A stretch of DNA of 64,000 nt from the human T2T-CHM13v2.0 reference genome, Homo sapiens, in NCBI RefSeq assembly GCF_009914755.1, contig NC_060939.1. The stretch is one strand, 5' to 3'. Positions 1-15,162 of the stretch are shown in pieces. How positions within the stretch are numbered: position 1 is the stretch's first letter; each line of letters starts with the position of its first letter. Position numbers and translations under genes: made by a program. A model generated the notes under the pieces. It did no database searches, had not been told where the DNA came from, and worked only from the letters and a program-made list of their open reading frames with translations.

Positions 1-162
1 ACTGAGTCCCAGGAATCTACCCTCACTCCACATGCCAATTGCAAGTCTTGGGTTGTTACATGTAGTTTTGACCAACCAGTTAGAAAACAGGGTTTCTTGA
101 CCCCCATTGGTGGGTGGAATCATTTGCTCGGACAGCTTGCAGAACTCAGAAAAACAGATTGT

Positions 163-495
<333 letters not shown>

Positions 496-532
496 TAAAT
501 CTCAGAAACAGCCAGTGAAAGAGATGTACATG

Positions 533-862
533 CTGGGCACAGTGGCTCATGCCTGTAATTTCAGCACATTGGGAGATTGAGGTGGGAGCATTGCTTAAGT
601 GCTCAGGAGATTAAGACCAGCCTGGGTAACATGGTGAAAATGCATCTCTACAAAAAGATTTTTCTAAAAATTAGCCAGGCACAGTTATCTATAGTTTTAG
701 CTACTCAGTGCCTATAATTCTAGCTACTCAGGAGGCTGAGGTGAGAGGATGAGAGGATGGGGCTTGAGCTAGGGAGGCATAGGTCACAGTGAGCCACGAT
801 TGTACCATGGCACTCTAGGCTGGGAGACAGAGCCAGACTCTGTCTCAAAAAAAAAAAAAAAA
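533..862 (+). mobile_element. AluJ-like SINE
   Basis: gctgggcacagtggctcatgcctgtaat...gactctgtctc plus A-tail. Confidence 0.9.
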
Positions 863-1381
863 AAACACACACACGGCAAGGTATGTTGAGAGGGGTACAG
901 AATTTCAATGCCCTCTATTGTGCATGTTACCTTCCTGGTATCTCCCTTGTGTTCAGCAACCCAGACATTCTCCAACTCCAGTTGTTGAGGGCGCTTATGA
1001 ACGCTTCATTATGCAGGCATGATTGATGAAGTCATTGACCATTGGTGATTAAATCAGTCTTCGGCCACTATTTCTTCCTGGAGCCCAGTGGGTGAGGCTG
1101 ACAGTTCCAAGTCTCTAATCACATGGTTTGTTCTTCTGACAACAACCAGCCCTTTTTCTGAAGCTGTCTAGGAGCTTTCAGTCACCCAGTCCTCTCAGTA
1201 ACATCACCAAATCCATTCTTACTATGGTGATCCCAAAGGTATTAAAGGCTCCTGTGCTAGAAACCTGGGACTAAGACCAAATATTGAAACAGAAGATGCC
1301 CCGTCACCTTCATCACTAAGGCCTTTATAAGAACTTGAGAAGCTCTGTGCCAGGATGAGGGGCAGAAACCAAATGTGTATT

Positions 1382-1835
<454 letters not shown>

Positions 1836-1845
1836 CCAGCAATCA

Positions 1846-2197
1846 CAAGAGGTCTTTATAAGTGAAAGAGGGAGATAAGACAGTCAGAATTGAAGGAGAT
1901 TTGATGATGGAAGCACAGGTCACAGAGGGAGATTCGAATATGCTTTGCTTCTGGCTTTGAAGATGCAGTTAGGGGCCATGAGCCAAAGAATAGGAGTGGC
2001 TTTAGCAACTGGGAAAGGCAAGGGAACATATTCTCTCCAGAACCTCCAGAAGGGATGCAGTCCTGCTGGCACCTTGACTTTAGCCTTAATAGACCTATTT
2101 TGGACTTCTGGCCCCCAGACCTGTTAGGTAGTAGATTTGTGGTGTATTAAGCCACTCAATGTAGGGTACTTTGTAACAGCAGCAAGAAGAAATGAAC
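1846..2197 (+). mobile_element. MLT1 (MaLR) LTR fragment, MLT1C/D-like
   Basis: ctggctttgaagatg...ggggccatgagccaa...ttctctccagaacctccagaagg...aagccact...tttgtaacagcagca. Confidence 0.8.
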
Positions 2198-2202
2198 ATG
2201 AA

Positions 2203-2502
2203 GCCAGGGGTGGTGGCCCACACTTATAATTCCAGCTATTTAGGAGGCTGAAGCAGGATGGTTGCTTTGGCCCAGGGGTTCAAGATAAGCCTGGGCAACA
2301 AAGTGATACCCTGTCTACATGGAAAAAAAAATTAGTGGGTGTGGTGGCATGCACTTGTAGTCTTAGCTACTAGAGGCACTGAGGCAGGACGATTTCTTGA
2401 CCTAGGAGCTCCAGGTCTCAGTGCATTGTGATTGTGCCATTGCACCCCAGTCTGAGTAACACAGCGAGATTGTATATTAAAAAAAAAGAAAGAAAAAAGA
2501 AA
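2203..2502 (+). mobile_element. AluJ-like SINE
   Basis: Alu dimer with A-rich tail. Confidence 0.85.
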
Positions 2503-2519
2503 TGAGTGAGCATGGCAGG

Positions 2520-3035
2520 AATAGGAACAGATAGCAATATTAAATAGAGTGGTCAGTGTTGGCCTCCTAAGTGAAAATTGAGCAAAGACTTGAAGGAGGG
2601 GAAGGAGCTGGCCAAGGTACTGAGGGAAGAGCATTTTAGGCAGAAACAACAGAATAAAGATGCGAAGAGGGAACTCCGTGGTGTGTCTGAAGCTCAGGAA
2701 AGAGGCCTGTGGAGCAGAGAGAGGGAGAGAAGTAGGGAAGGAGGCCAGGGAGTTGTTGGGCGCAGATCAGTACAGATTGTGTAAGCCCTGGGAGGCTATT
2801 GCTGGGGCTTTGGCTTTTATTCTGTCTGAGATGGGAGATGCGGAAGGGTTCTGAGCAGAGAGGTGACACAAATTGTCTACTGATTTAAAACCATCCCATG
2901 GTGGCTGAGTTGAGAAAGATTGTGGGAAGATTTGGGTAGAAGCAGGGAGGCCAAGCTGTGGCAACCTCCAGGTGGGAGATGATAGTGGTTTTGACCAGGG
3001 TCCTGGCAATGGTGAGAGATGGTTGATTCTTGTTG
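2520..3035. mobile_element. L2 LINE fragment
   Basis: Purine-rich L2-type motifs: tgagcaaagacttgaaggagg, tttggcttttattctg..tgagatggga, ttctgagcagag. Confidence 0.6.
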
Positions 3036-3118
3036 AAATGCTAAGTAATTAAAAAAAAAACACTACGGCTTTTCCCAATTATATGAATATGGGATGCTGA
3101 TTAAAGAAATCTTAAGTC

Positions 3119-3562
3119 GGGCCAGGTGCAGTGGTTTATGCCTGTAGCATCAGCACTTTGGGAGGCAGAGATGGGAGAATTATTTGAGTCGAGGAGTTTG
3201 AGACCACACTGTGCAACATAGCAAGACCTCCTCTCTATGCAAATAAAAATTAATAAAATGTAATTATCCAAGCATAGTGGTATTTTCCTGTACAACCAGT
3301 TACTCAGGTTGTTGAGGTGGGCAGATCTCTTGAGGGCGGGAGTTTGAGGCCAGCTTGGGCAACATAGCAAGGCTCCTCTTTCTACAAAAAATAAATAAAT
3401 AAATAAAAATTAGCTGGGTGTTTTGGTGGTCATCTGTGGTCATAGCTATGGTGAGGCTGAGGTAGGAGGATCCCCGGAGCCCAGGAGGTCAAGGCTGCAG
3501 TTAGCTATGAGTTGACCCCTGCATTGCAGCCAGAGTGACAGAGTGAGACCCGGTCTCAGAAT
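3119..3562 (+). mobile_element. Old Alu composite (three arms)
   Basis: ggccaggtgcagtgg start; repeated left-arm 'gagtttgag..ca..ctgggcaacatagcaag'. Confidence 0.8.
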
Positions 3563-4016
3563 ACAGATACAAGTAAAGAAATCTCAACTCAGAGCAGTCT
3601 GTTTGTCACTATGCAGCCTTTGCAACCCCATAGCTGCGTGATTGGGTTTGTGTTGCTGGAGGTGAGGAGACCCGTGCCCAGGTGTTGTTGCCTGTCTAAT
3701 CAGTTTATTTTAAAACATATTAATGAAATTTATTTCATCATACTTTATGGCCTCATACCTGAGTGGTTTTTTGAATTCTCCTTTGAATAGCTTGTAACTA
3801 TTCAAACCTCTTATTGGTTCTATAATTAATTCTTTTTCTAATTAGCTTTTTAAAAATCAGAATTGATATTAGACTAATCAGTTGTTAATGAGGAGATGAA
3901 ATTGAGTTGTTTGTACACTTTATCTAAGATAGTGTCATATTGGCTAACTGAAGTCAATAGTTGAGCAAATGCAGAATTAGAGCTTCTTCAGCGTGGAACT
4001 CTCTTGTGGTTCTTGA

Positions 4017-4325
<309 letters not shown>

Positions 4326-4469
4326 TCTTTTTTCAGTCTTTAATAAACTGCTGCCATCATTTCAGACCACTTGCTATTTTAGGCACTTAGAAATTTTTCA
4401 CTGGAATTCATGTAAAGAAAGACCATGGGTGTTTGTACTGGATTTAGTATTCATCATTCGACTGCATGA

Positions 4470-5249
<780 letters not shown>

Positions 5250-5325
5250 GATATTTTTAAAATAATAACGTTATTGAAATATGATTAACGTATCATGCAA
5301 TTCATTTATCAAAGTACACAATTCA

Positions 5326-5632
5326 GGCCAGGTGCAGTGGCTAGTTCCTATAACGCTAAGACTTTGGGCAGCTGAGGCAGGTGGATCGCTTGTGTTCAGG
5401 AGTTTGCGACTAGCCTGGGCAACATGGCAAAACAACATCTCTAGCAAAAATACAAAAATTAGCTGGGTGTGGTGGCTCATGCCTGTAGTCCCAACTACTT
5501 GGGGACGTGAGACTGGAAGATCACTTGAGTCCAGAAGCCATAGGTTGCAGTGAGACCAGATGGCACCACTGCACTACAGCATGGGTGACAAAAGGAGACC
5601 CTGTCTTTAAATAACTAAAGAAAAAAAGAAAG
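5326..5632 (+). mobile_element. Alu SINE inserted in an old L1
   Basis: ggccaggtgcagtggct...A-tail; flanked by aagtacacaatt / aagtatacaatt (TSD-like). Confidence 0.88.
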
Positions 5633-6410
5633 TATACAATTGAGTGGTTTTTAGAATATTCAAGGAGCTGTGCATCCATCACCACAGTCTTTCTTAGAAG
5701 TGATTACCCACTTATGAGTTACCCATTTATGAGTGAGAAACCCTCACCTCTTAGCCACTACCTCCTACAGCCCCCATGTTCATAGGCAACCACTGATTTA
5801 TTTTCTGTCATTGTAGTTTTGCCTAATCTGGACCTTTTATAGAAATAGAATTGTACAGTGTGTGATCTTTTGTAGTTTCCTTTTTTTTTCTCTTAGCAGA
5901 ATGTTTTCAAATTTCTTTCATGTTATAGTGTGTATCAGGATTTCTTTCCTTTTATAGCTGAGTAATAGTTTATGTTTATCCTTTCATTAGTTGATGGACA
6001 TTTGTGTTGTTTTTGCGTATTCACCATCATGAGTCAGGCTGCTATGAACACTCGTATGTAAGTTTTAGTGGGAACATATATTTTTATTTCTCTTGGATTT
6101 ACACTCAGGAGTGAAATTGTTGCATTATGTGATTATTATACATTTAGTCTTTGAGAAACTGCCACGTTGTTTTTCAAAGTGGTTACACTGGTCAGGCACA
6201 GTGGCTCACACCTTTAATCTCAGGTATTTGAGACGCTGAGTCTGGAGGATTTTCTTAGCTTGGGAGTTCAGGACAAGCCTGGGAAACATAGGGAAACAAT
6301 GTCTTGATTTTTTAAAAAAATCAAATGCCAAGAAAACACCCAAATTGATTACACCATTTTATGTTCCCACCAGTAATGTATGTGAATTCCAATTATTCCA
6401 ATCGTCACCA
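5633..6410 (-). mobile_element. Old L1M 3' fragment, with an Alu monomer at ~6189-6305
   Basis: ggcaaccactgat.., gttgatggacattt, gctgctatgaaca, gagaaactgcca, atgttcccaccag: L1 antisense hallmarks. Confidence 0.75.
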
Positions 6411-6412
6411 AC

Positions 6413-6712
6413 TTTTTTTTTTTTTTTGAGACAAAATCTTGCTCTGTTGCCCAGGCTGGAGTGCAGTGACATGAACATGGCCAGTGCAGCTGTGACCTTC
6501 CAGTCACAAGTGATCCTCTCACCTCAGCCTCCTAAATAGCTGGGACTTACAGATGCATGCTATCATGTGCAGCTGATTTTTACAGTTTTTGGTAGAAATG
6601 GGGTTCTGTCATGTAGCCCAGGTTTGTGTCAAACCCCTGAGCTCAAGTGATCTGCCTGCTTCAGCTTCCGGAAGTGCTGAGATTACAGTTGTGTGCCACC
6701 ACACCCGACTGG
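6413..6712 (-). mobile_element. AluJ-like SINE
   Basis: Poly-T-led Alu dimer. Confidence 0.85.
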
Positions 6713-7342
6713 TGTAACCACTTTGGAAAGCAGCCACTGAGCTCGGCCTTCAACAGTATACCAATATTTGTTAATATCGTTTTATTTTTTACAATTTTTC
6801 CATTTTTAAAAACTTATTCTTTTACCTGTATTATTGATTATAATAAACAACGAATAATTTTGTAGTAGAGTTGAGTCCCCCCAAAAAGTATTTATTGTTT
6901 AACTGAAGTAGTTTTTTTTTTTTTAACCTGGATATATATTTTTTCATTTTCACTTTATTTTTTGTGTTTATTTTTAAAAATTATTTATATGTATTTTTAT
7001 TTTAATAGGTGTTTGAGAAACAGGTGGTGTTTGGTTCCATGAATAAGTTCTTCAGTGTTGATTTCTGAAATGTAGTACCCCTCATTACTCATTAAATTAT
7101 ATATTAAGTCATTATAAAATCATTAATAAACCAAGGACTTTAGTAAAATGGGAATTTTATTTTAACTTGCAACCTGGGATGTAACTGTCAAAAAAATTAG
7201 AGAAATTACCACATTAAGGTTTTAAAATCTTGAACTGAAAAATGAAAACCTTGGTGCACCTAAGAACCACCAGCCCACTGGTCAAGGTGAGCAAAACTAA
7301 ATGAAAAAATAAAACCAAGAAAACCAAGCTCAGGATTATTAG

Positions 7343-7714
<372 letters not shown>

Positions 7715-8554
7715 TAATTTTATGTATATTCCAAGTCAGAATACATCCTATTTTTGAATATTTGATGACTTTAGGATACTATATTAACTCTTAATTGAAT
7801 TAATACAAGTTTAGGTGTAAAGATGATGTTTATGTTGACAAAAATTATTAATGTTTTACATATATGAAAGTAACAATATCATATATTTTTCATACTTGTA
7901 GAATACTTTGAAATCTATTATTAGCTAATATTTTATATTCATTTTGGGTTTTCACATTATTGTTAGATCCAGAGAAAAGTAACATTTTGTGAATACTCAA
8001 ATCATAAACATTTTGCTGGATTCATTCATAGATACTTTATTTAAAAAGTGCACTAATTGAAGTTTTACACCATTTTATGATTCATCAAACACAGCAACTG
8101 AATACTGTCATATAGCAACATTACAGATGTTAGTCTAACATAAAACTCATAATACATTTTAAAAAGGGTAAAAGGAAGGAAAGGAAAAAGGATACAAGGC
8201 TGTAGAAAGATTTTAAAAACAAACGTCATATGTCTGAACCTTTGCCTGGAGTTTCATATTTTGTGAAAAGCAGTTTGTAAGTAGAGGATTCGTAAGTGCA
8301 CCTGGTACATTGCAGTGGCACAGACACAGCAGATAGTCAATAAAATGATCTTTAACTTCTGATCTAGGTTATTTTTGTTGTTGTTCATGTATTAACCTGT
8401 GAAACTCAGCCAATAGATGGAGTGGCATTGACCTGTACAACTTCCAAGATCCCATCCAAACTTAGTGTGCTCTGAAGTTCTCCATAATTTATTGTCTGTT
8501 CCAACCAACATTCAGCATAAGCTACAGCTTATATTGTTAATAATCCTTCTATGT

Positions 8555-10598
8555 TTATGTGCTGATTTGCAAATAAATGGGCCTATATAGTCTTTATCTA
8601 GTGTTGGATTGGGGTCAAAAGTTTTATGAAATCATTGTTTTTAGTATACGTACAGATGGATAATTGTATAAATAAGTACAGATGTGTATAAATGTGTGAG
8701 TATACATACATACATTTTCTAGCTCTTCTAACAAAAGGGCCTAGAAACAACATCATCCCAGTAACAATGAGAACACCATTCTCCAATTGAAGGAACCAAG
8801 GCTCCTTGGGGACATATTTGATATCAGGATTGGGCAGGGAAAATACAAGATTAGTTTGAAATATTTTGTCATGTTAGAAAGTAAGGAAATGCTCACAAAA
8901 TGGGGAAAATGTGAAAAGGAAACAGAATCCACTTTGAATCAACTTCCATGGCCAAATTTGAGAAAATTGGGGCAATAAAATAAATAACAATAATAATATA
9001 TTACAATCTACAGAAGAAAATTTTCAATTAATCCATGCCGGGTGCGGTGGCTCATGCCTGTATTCCCAGCACTTTGGGAGGCCGAGGCGGGCAGATCACT
9101 TGAGGTCAGGAGTTCAAGACCAGCCTGACCAATGTGGTGAATCCCTGCCTCTACTAAAAATACAAAAATTAGCCGGGCATGGTGGCACATGACTGTAGTC
9201 CCAGCTACTCGGGAGGCTGAGGCAGGAGAATGGCTTGAATCCTGGAAGGTGGAAGTGCAGTGAGCGGAAATTGCACCATTGCACACCAGCCTGGATGACA
9301 AAGCAAGACTCCATCTCAAAAAAAAGTAATAATCCATATTGACATAAATAATAAACCAAAGGTTGAGAATGGGCAGTATTTTATTACAGTAAGATTTCAT
9401 TAAATGTAGGAGACATAAAATATAAGAATCATCACTTTGCAAATATCATAGTAATAATTGTTGCAAGAAAGAACCTTGGAGGGATGCTAAGATTAGTGGT
9501 GAATATATGTTGGGAAAGAACATTTTTGCATAATATGAAAGTATCTTCCCACAAGATAATTATAGAATAGTAACTTCAAAGTGGAGATGTCAACTTAGCC
9601 AAGTGATCAAAGTTAACATTACTAATAATAAAATAAATGAACTTCATGTAACTTCTTATATGATGCACTGAGTAGGACAAAACATCAATTCTATGGTATT
9701 CTTAGACAAAATGTATAACTTTAGTCCTAATCGTGAGAAAATATCAGACTAACTGAAATTGAGGAGGGACATTTTACAAAATAACTGCCAGTATTCTTCA
9801 AAAGCATTTTAGAAAGACTGAGGAATTCGCCAGAGACATGGAGACATGTCAACTAAGTGCAATGGAGAAAATGCATTGTATCATGAACCAGAGATGGACA
9901 ACAGTAGGATATATACAATAACACCCCAACATTTGAACATTAAACAAAATGCTTCAGAAAAACCCATTGGTCAAGAAAAGTTTCACACACAAAAAAAATA
10001 GTTTAAACTGAAAGAAAATTTTTAAAAACTTAATAAAATGTGGGATGCAGATAAATCATTTCTTAAAGGTACATTTATAGATGTAATATATTGAAAATAA
10101 AAGGCTTCAATCAATGACCTTTAGGTTCTTTTTTAAGAGGCTAAAAAAATGAGCAAAGTATATCCAAATTAAGAAGAAGGAAGATGATAAAGATAAAAAT
10201 GTAAACCAACAACATAGCAAATAACAAAAGGTGGAGCTAATTAATATACCCACAAATTGGTTCTTTGAAAAAAAATTTTTTAATAAACAATGGCTAGCAA
10301 GATTTATCTTGAAAAAAATTAGAGAAGCTACATAATGTAGATAATGAGAATTAAATGGAGGATGTAACTACAGAACCTACAGACATCAATACAATTATGA
10401 AAACTTTAGGCCAATACATTTGACAATTAAAATAACTGGGAAATTATTTGTAAAACTAATTCTAAAAACTGATGCAAAATGAAATAGAAAAAGTAATAGC
10501 TCTCTATGTATTGAAGAATTTTTTTAATTTAAAAAGATTTCTATAATTACAGGCTACATGGTTTCTTAGGTGAATTCTATCAAACATTTAAGAAAGTA
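8555..10598. mobile_element. Degraded L1M fragments (L1MC-like 3' part plus ORF2-like A-rich part)
   Basis: gggcctagaaacaa..catccca, ccaagtgatcaaagttaacat, ttggttctttgaaaa: L1M motifs. Confidence 0.6.
9037..9325 (+). mobile_element. AluS SINE
   Basis: gccgggtgcggtggctcatgcctgta...ctccatctcaaaa. Confidence 0.92.
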
Positions 10599-10944
10599 CA
10601 GAGAGTCCTCAACTTACGGTGGTTTGACTTGTGCTCTTCTGACTTGATAATGGTGCTTTCATCTGTGTACATTAATGATGAGCATCAATATGACCAGTTT
10701 TTCACTATCAGTATAGTTTTCAATAAATTTCATGAGATACTCAATATTTTAAAATGGGCCTTGTGGTAGATGATTTTGCCCAATTGTAGGATAATGTAAA
10801 TGTTCTGAGCAAGTTTAAGGTAGGCGAGGCTAAGTCATGATATTCAGTAGGTTAAATATATTAAATGCATTTTAGACTTACAATATTTTCAATTTAGGAT
10901 GAGTTCATTAAGACATAAGACCATTGTAAGTTGAGGAGTATCTA
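10599..10944 (-). mobile_element. MER47A-like Tigger MITE
   Basis: Terminal inverted repeats cagagagtcctcaacttac / gtaagttgaggagtatcta flanked by TA; interior matches recalled MER47A. Confidence 0.8.
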
Positions 10945-10988
10945 TAATATCAACCTTGAACGGACTCTTTTTAAGAAATAGAATTTAA

Positions 10989-11300
10989 GGGCTGGGCACA
11001 GTGGCTCACACCTGTAATCCCAGCACTTTGGGAGGCCAAGATGGGCAGATCACCTGGGGTCAGGAGTTTGAGACCAACCTGGCCAGCATGGAGAAACCCC
11101 CGTCTCTACTAAAAGTACAAAATTAGCAGGGCATGGTGGCGCTTGTCTGTAATCCCAGCTCCTCGGAAGCCAGAGGCAGGAGAATAGCTTGAATCTGGGA
11201 GGCAGAGGTTGCGGAGAGCCGAAATTGTGCCATTGCACTCCAGCCTGGCAACAAGAGTGAATCTCCGTCTCAAAAAAAAAAAAAAAAAAAAAAAAAAAAG
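10989..11300 (+). mobile_element. AluS SINE
   Basis: Full dimer with long poly-A. Confidence 0.92.
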
Positions 11301-13142
11301 AATCTAAAGGGACAATTCCTATCTTATTTTATGAACCCAGTATTGCCCTGATTCCAAATCGAGACAAAGGCATTATACAACTTTGATGTTTATTCCTCAT
11401 AAACATAGACTCAAAAGTCCTTAAAACTTAATAACCAATTGAATGTAGCAGTACATAGAATGGATAATAAACTGAACAAATTAAATTTCTAGCAAGATTG
11501 CAAGGTTAATTTATTATTTGAAAGATCAGTTTAATCAATTTTATTCAACTGGATGGTTACATCTGGCAAAACTCAGCAAACTGTGCACTTTAAAATAGGA
11601 ATATTTATTTTATGTAAATTATGTTTGAATACAATTGATTTTTTAAAAAAAAACGTTTCCCAGAGTGATCAAAGTGGAGGGCAGGGAACAGTAAACATCA
11701 GTGCTTATGTTATAGCTACTAGAAGCCTCCCAATTCCAACGACATGTTTTCAAGCAGGTCTGATCCTTCCCCTGGAGGATACCTCTGACCCAGGTGTGCT
11801 ACAAATGCATTGCCCCTAGTTGCTTCTGTCACCTTAGTGATGGAAGTGACAAGAGGGTACTGGAGAAAGAAAAGGTGTACAGGGTTCCAAATGTACTTTC
11901 TCTTTCCAAAGGACATTTGTGAAGCCAGTGGAAAGCGAACAAACAAGCTGCTAAATAAGTCACAAGTGTCTTCTCGTACAGTTTTGTGATTAACTAAATA
12001 GGACATTCAACAGATAAAGTTTGTTTTACATAGTTACTCCTCTAATAGGATGAACTTGTGGATTGTGAGATAGGGCTGATATAACCTGTTTTCTCTCTGC
12101 CTCTTATTTTCCCCCCAAGTTTTGTGTGCAATACATTAGGAAAAATATAATTGGGCTATAAAGCTACAAAAATGGCTTCCTGGCAGTTCCATGCTTGTTT
12201 CCATGTGGTGCCTATGTTTGGCACTGTGTTCTCATTTGCACTTTCCTACTTGATTAGTTAATGTATGGACAAGCCTGATCTCTACTGTGAATTTTTACCA
12301 AGGTATTCTAGTAGAAAAATGAGTATGTAATGGTGCTGTGGAATGCTAAAGTGTGCAAAACATTAAGAATCTAAAAATATGCTCATTTCCAAGTTTTGTC
12401 CCAGAGCAACTGTGCACTCTATATCGCTACTGCTATTTAAAGTTATCCATTTGCATGTCTAAAAAATAGATTCATACTGATTGTCCCATTTGATCTCAAA
12501 AAACTCCTGAATGTGAGAGTCGTGATCAAGGGACGCTTCATGAAATGTTCCAAAGTTAAAGTGTGCAATGAAACCAGATTTATCATAGCTTTATTTAAAA
12601 TAATTATTTCTAAAATTGTTATTGTTTAATTATAAACGGTATCCTTTCAGGATACTTGGAAGATCCATAGCAGTGTTTTTATTTTCACAGAACAAGCATA
12701 AATTATTTATGAAATAATAACTCAGATACAGAGATTACTTCCTATTGGCCTTACATATGAATATAAATAAATACATATTATGAACATGCACATACTTATT
12801 TTATAATTATGTAAATGTGTGTGTAATGTTATATATAAGTTCAATAAAGTCATGCTTATACATGGTTTCAATTCATGCTTCTAAAAACCACTCAATGTAG
12901 TCATTATCATAAGTTAATAAATAATCTCTGAAAATGTGCTTCTAGTAGTTGCACAATATCCCATCATAAAGATTGTCATGCTGTTTTTAAGTCATACTTT
13001 TGGGTATATAAGTTATATCTGATATTTTTCTGCTACATATATACTATTATAAATCTATTAGTAGTTGATTTTTTGTGAACACATATGATTGTTTCCTCAC
13101 AACAGTACAAGAGTTGGTTGTAACTTTATTTCCTTCCAACAT

Positions 13143-15162
13143 TTATTTTAGGTTCAGCGGGTACATGTGCAGGTTTATTATATGGGTAAAATGTGTGTCA
13201 ATGGGATTTGGTGTACAGATTACGTAGTCATCCAGGTAGTGAGCGTAGTATCTAATAGGGAGTTTTTTGATCCTCACTCTCCCCCCCACCCTCCACCCAC
13301 AGTAGACCTTGTGTCTATTGTTCCCTTCTTTGTGTCCATGTGGACTCAACGTTTAGCCCCCACTTATAAGTGAGAACATGCAGTGTTTGTTTGGTTTTCT
13401 GTTCCTGCATTAATTCACTTAGAATAGTGGTATCCAGCTCCATTCATGTTGCTGCAAAAGACATTATTTCATCCTATTTTATAGGTGTGTAGTATTCCAT
13501 GGTGTATGTACACTGCATTTTTTAAATCCAGTCTTCTGTTAACAGGCATCTAAGTTGATTCCGTGTCTTTGCTATTGTGAATAGTGTTATAATGAAAATA
13601 TGCGTGCATATGTCTATGACAGAATGATTTATATTCCTTTGGGTATATACCCAGTGATGGGATTGCTGGGTTGAATGGTAGTTCTGTTTTAAGTTATTTC
13701 AGAAATCTCCAAACTGCTTTCCACAATGGCTGAAAAAATTTACATTCTTGATGAAACTGGAGAGTTCCCTGACTCCCCTTGGCAGGATGTGCAACAGGGG
13801 TGTGGCTTGTCTGGCCACCGTGTGTGCTGTCAAACCCCTTACTGGGCAGGGGAGCATGCAGACAGGCAGGTGCAATAGACAGGGCAAGTGGCCATGGTAC
13901 TGTCTAGGGGTGGGTGCCTGCGACTCCCACAGCCCAAGTGGGCATGTGTTACAGTGCACTCTTTTAGCTTTGCCATCCACAGACTGCTTAAGTGTTAACC
14001 TGTTCAGTGCCCTCTTGGTACCCAGTTCCTTGTCCAGCATCCAGAAAGAATTAAGTTGCACACAGACTTGAGGATGGTGAATGTGGGGGTTTTATTGAGT
14101 GGTGGAGGTGGCACTCAATGGGATGGATGGGGAGCTGGAAAGGGGATGGAATGGAAGATGATCTTCTCCGGGAGCTTTGCCATCCGGAGGCTGATCTCTC
14201 CAACCACTGCCAGCCAAACTCCTCTTGGCATTCAGGTGCTCCTTCTCTTCTTTCTGCCACATCATTCTGCAATTCTGCTCTTCTGTTCATCTCCTCATCT
14301 GCTTGTCTGCTTCTGGAGCCTGGGGTCTGGGACATATACGGGTACAGGACAGGGGGTGCATGCTGAGCTGAAAGACAACTTTTGGGTGCAAAAGCAGGAA
14401 TGCCTTTTCCCATTTAGGGCCATGGGTTTCCAGGCTTGTGGGCAGGGCTTTGCCAGGGAACCACTCTCTTCTACCCAGTATTTCCCTGTCTCCTTTCTAT
14501 ATCACCACCAGCAGTGTATAAGCATTCCCCTTTTTCCACAAACTCGGCACCGTCTGTTTTGTTTTGATTTTTTAATAATAGCCATTCTGACCGGTGTGAT
14601 ATGGTATCTCATGGTTCTGATTTTCTGATGATTAGTGATGTTGAATATTTTTTCATATGGTTGTTTTCCACACATACGTTGTCTTTTGAAAAAAGAATCC
14701 ACAGACGGCTTAAGTGTTAACCTGTTCAGTGCCCTCTTGGTACCCAAGTCCTTGTCCAGCATCCAGAAAGAAGTTGCACATGGACTTGAGGATGGTGAAT
14801 GTGGGGGTTCATGTTCTTTGCCTATTTGTAGTGGGTTTGCTTTTTGCTTATTGATTCTTTATACATGCTGAGTGTTAGACATTTTTCAGATATGTAATTT
14901 GAAAATATTTTCTTCTGTTCTGTAGGGTGTTCTCTGTTGATAGTTTCTTTTGCTGTGCTGAAGCTCTTTAGTTTCATTAGGTCCCACTCCTCAATTCTTC
15001 TTGTTGCAATTGCTTTTGGAATCTTCATCATGAAATCTTTGCCAGCGTCTATGTCCAGAATGATATTTCCTAAGTTATCTTCTAGGGTTTATATAGTTTT
15101 GGGTCTTACATAAGTCCTTCATCCATCTTGAGTTGATTTTTGTATATGGTGAAAGGAAGGGA
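13143..15162 (-). mobile_element. Older L1PA 3' fragment, interrupted by MER50 and truncated by the satellite array
   Basis: gggtacatgtgcaggtt, taagtgagaacatg, gggattgctgggttgaatggta; L1 resumes at 14505 (ccaccagcagtgtataagc). Confidence 0.85.
13749..14504 (-). mobile_element. MER50 solo LTR (ERV1)
   Basis: TG...CA termini; reverse strand starts tgatatagaaaggagacagggaaatactgggtagaag, as in recalled MER50. Confidence 0.8.

Noticed and set aside
11820-11856. Possible miRNA hairpin (ttctgtcac...gtgacaaga)
   Set aside because: Stem too short and imperfect; not recognised as a known miRNA
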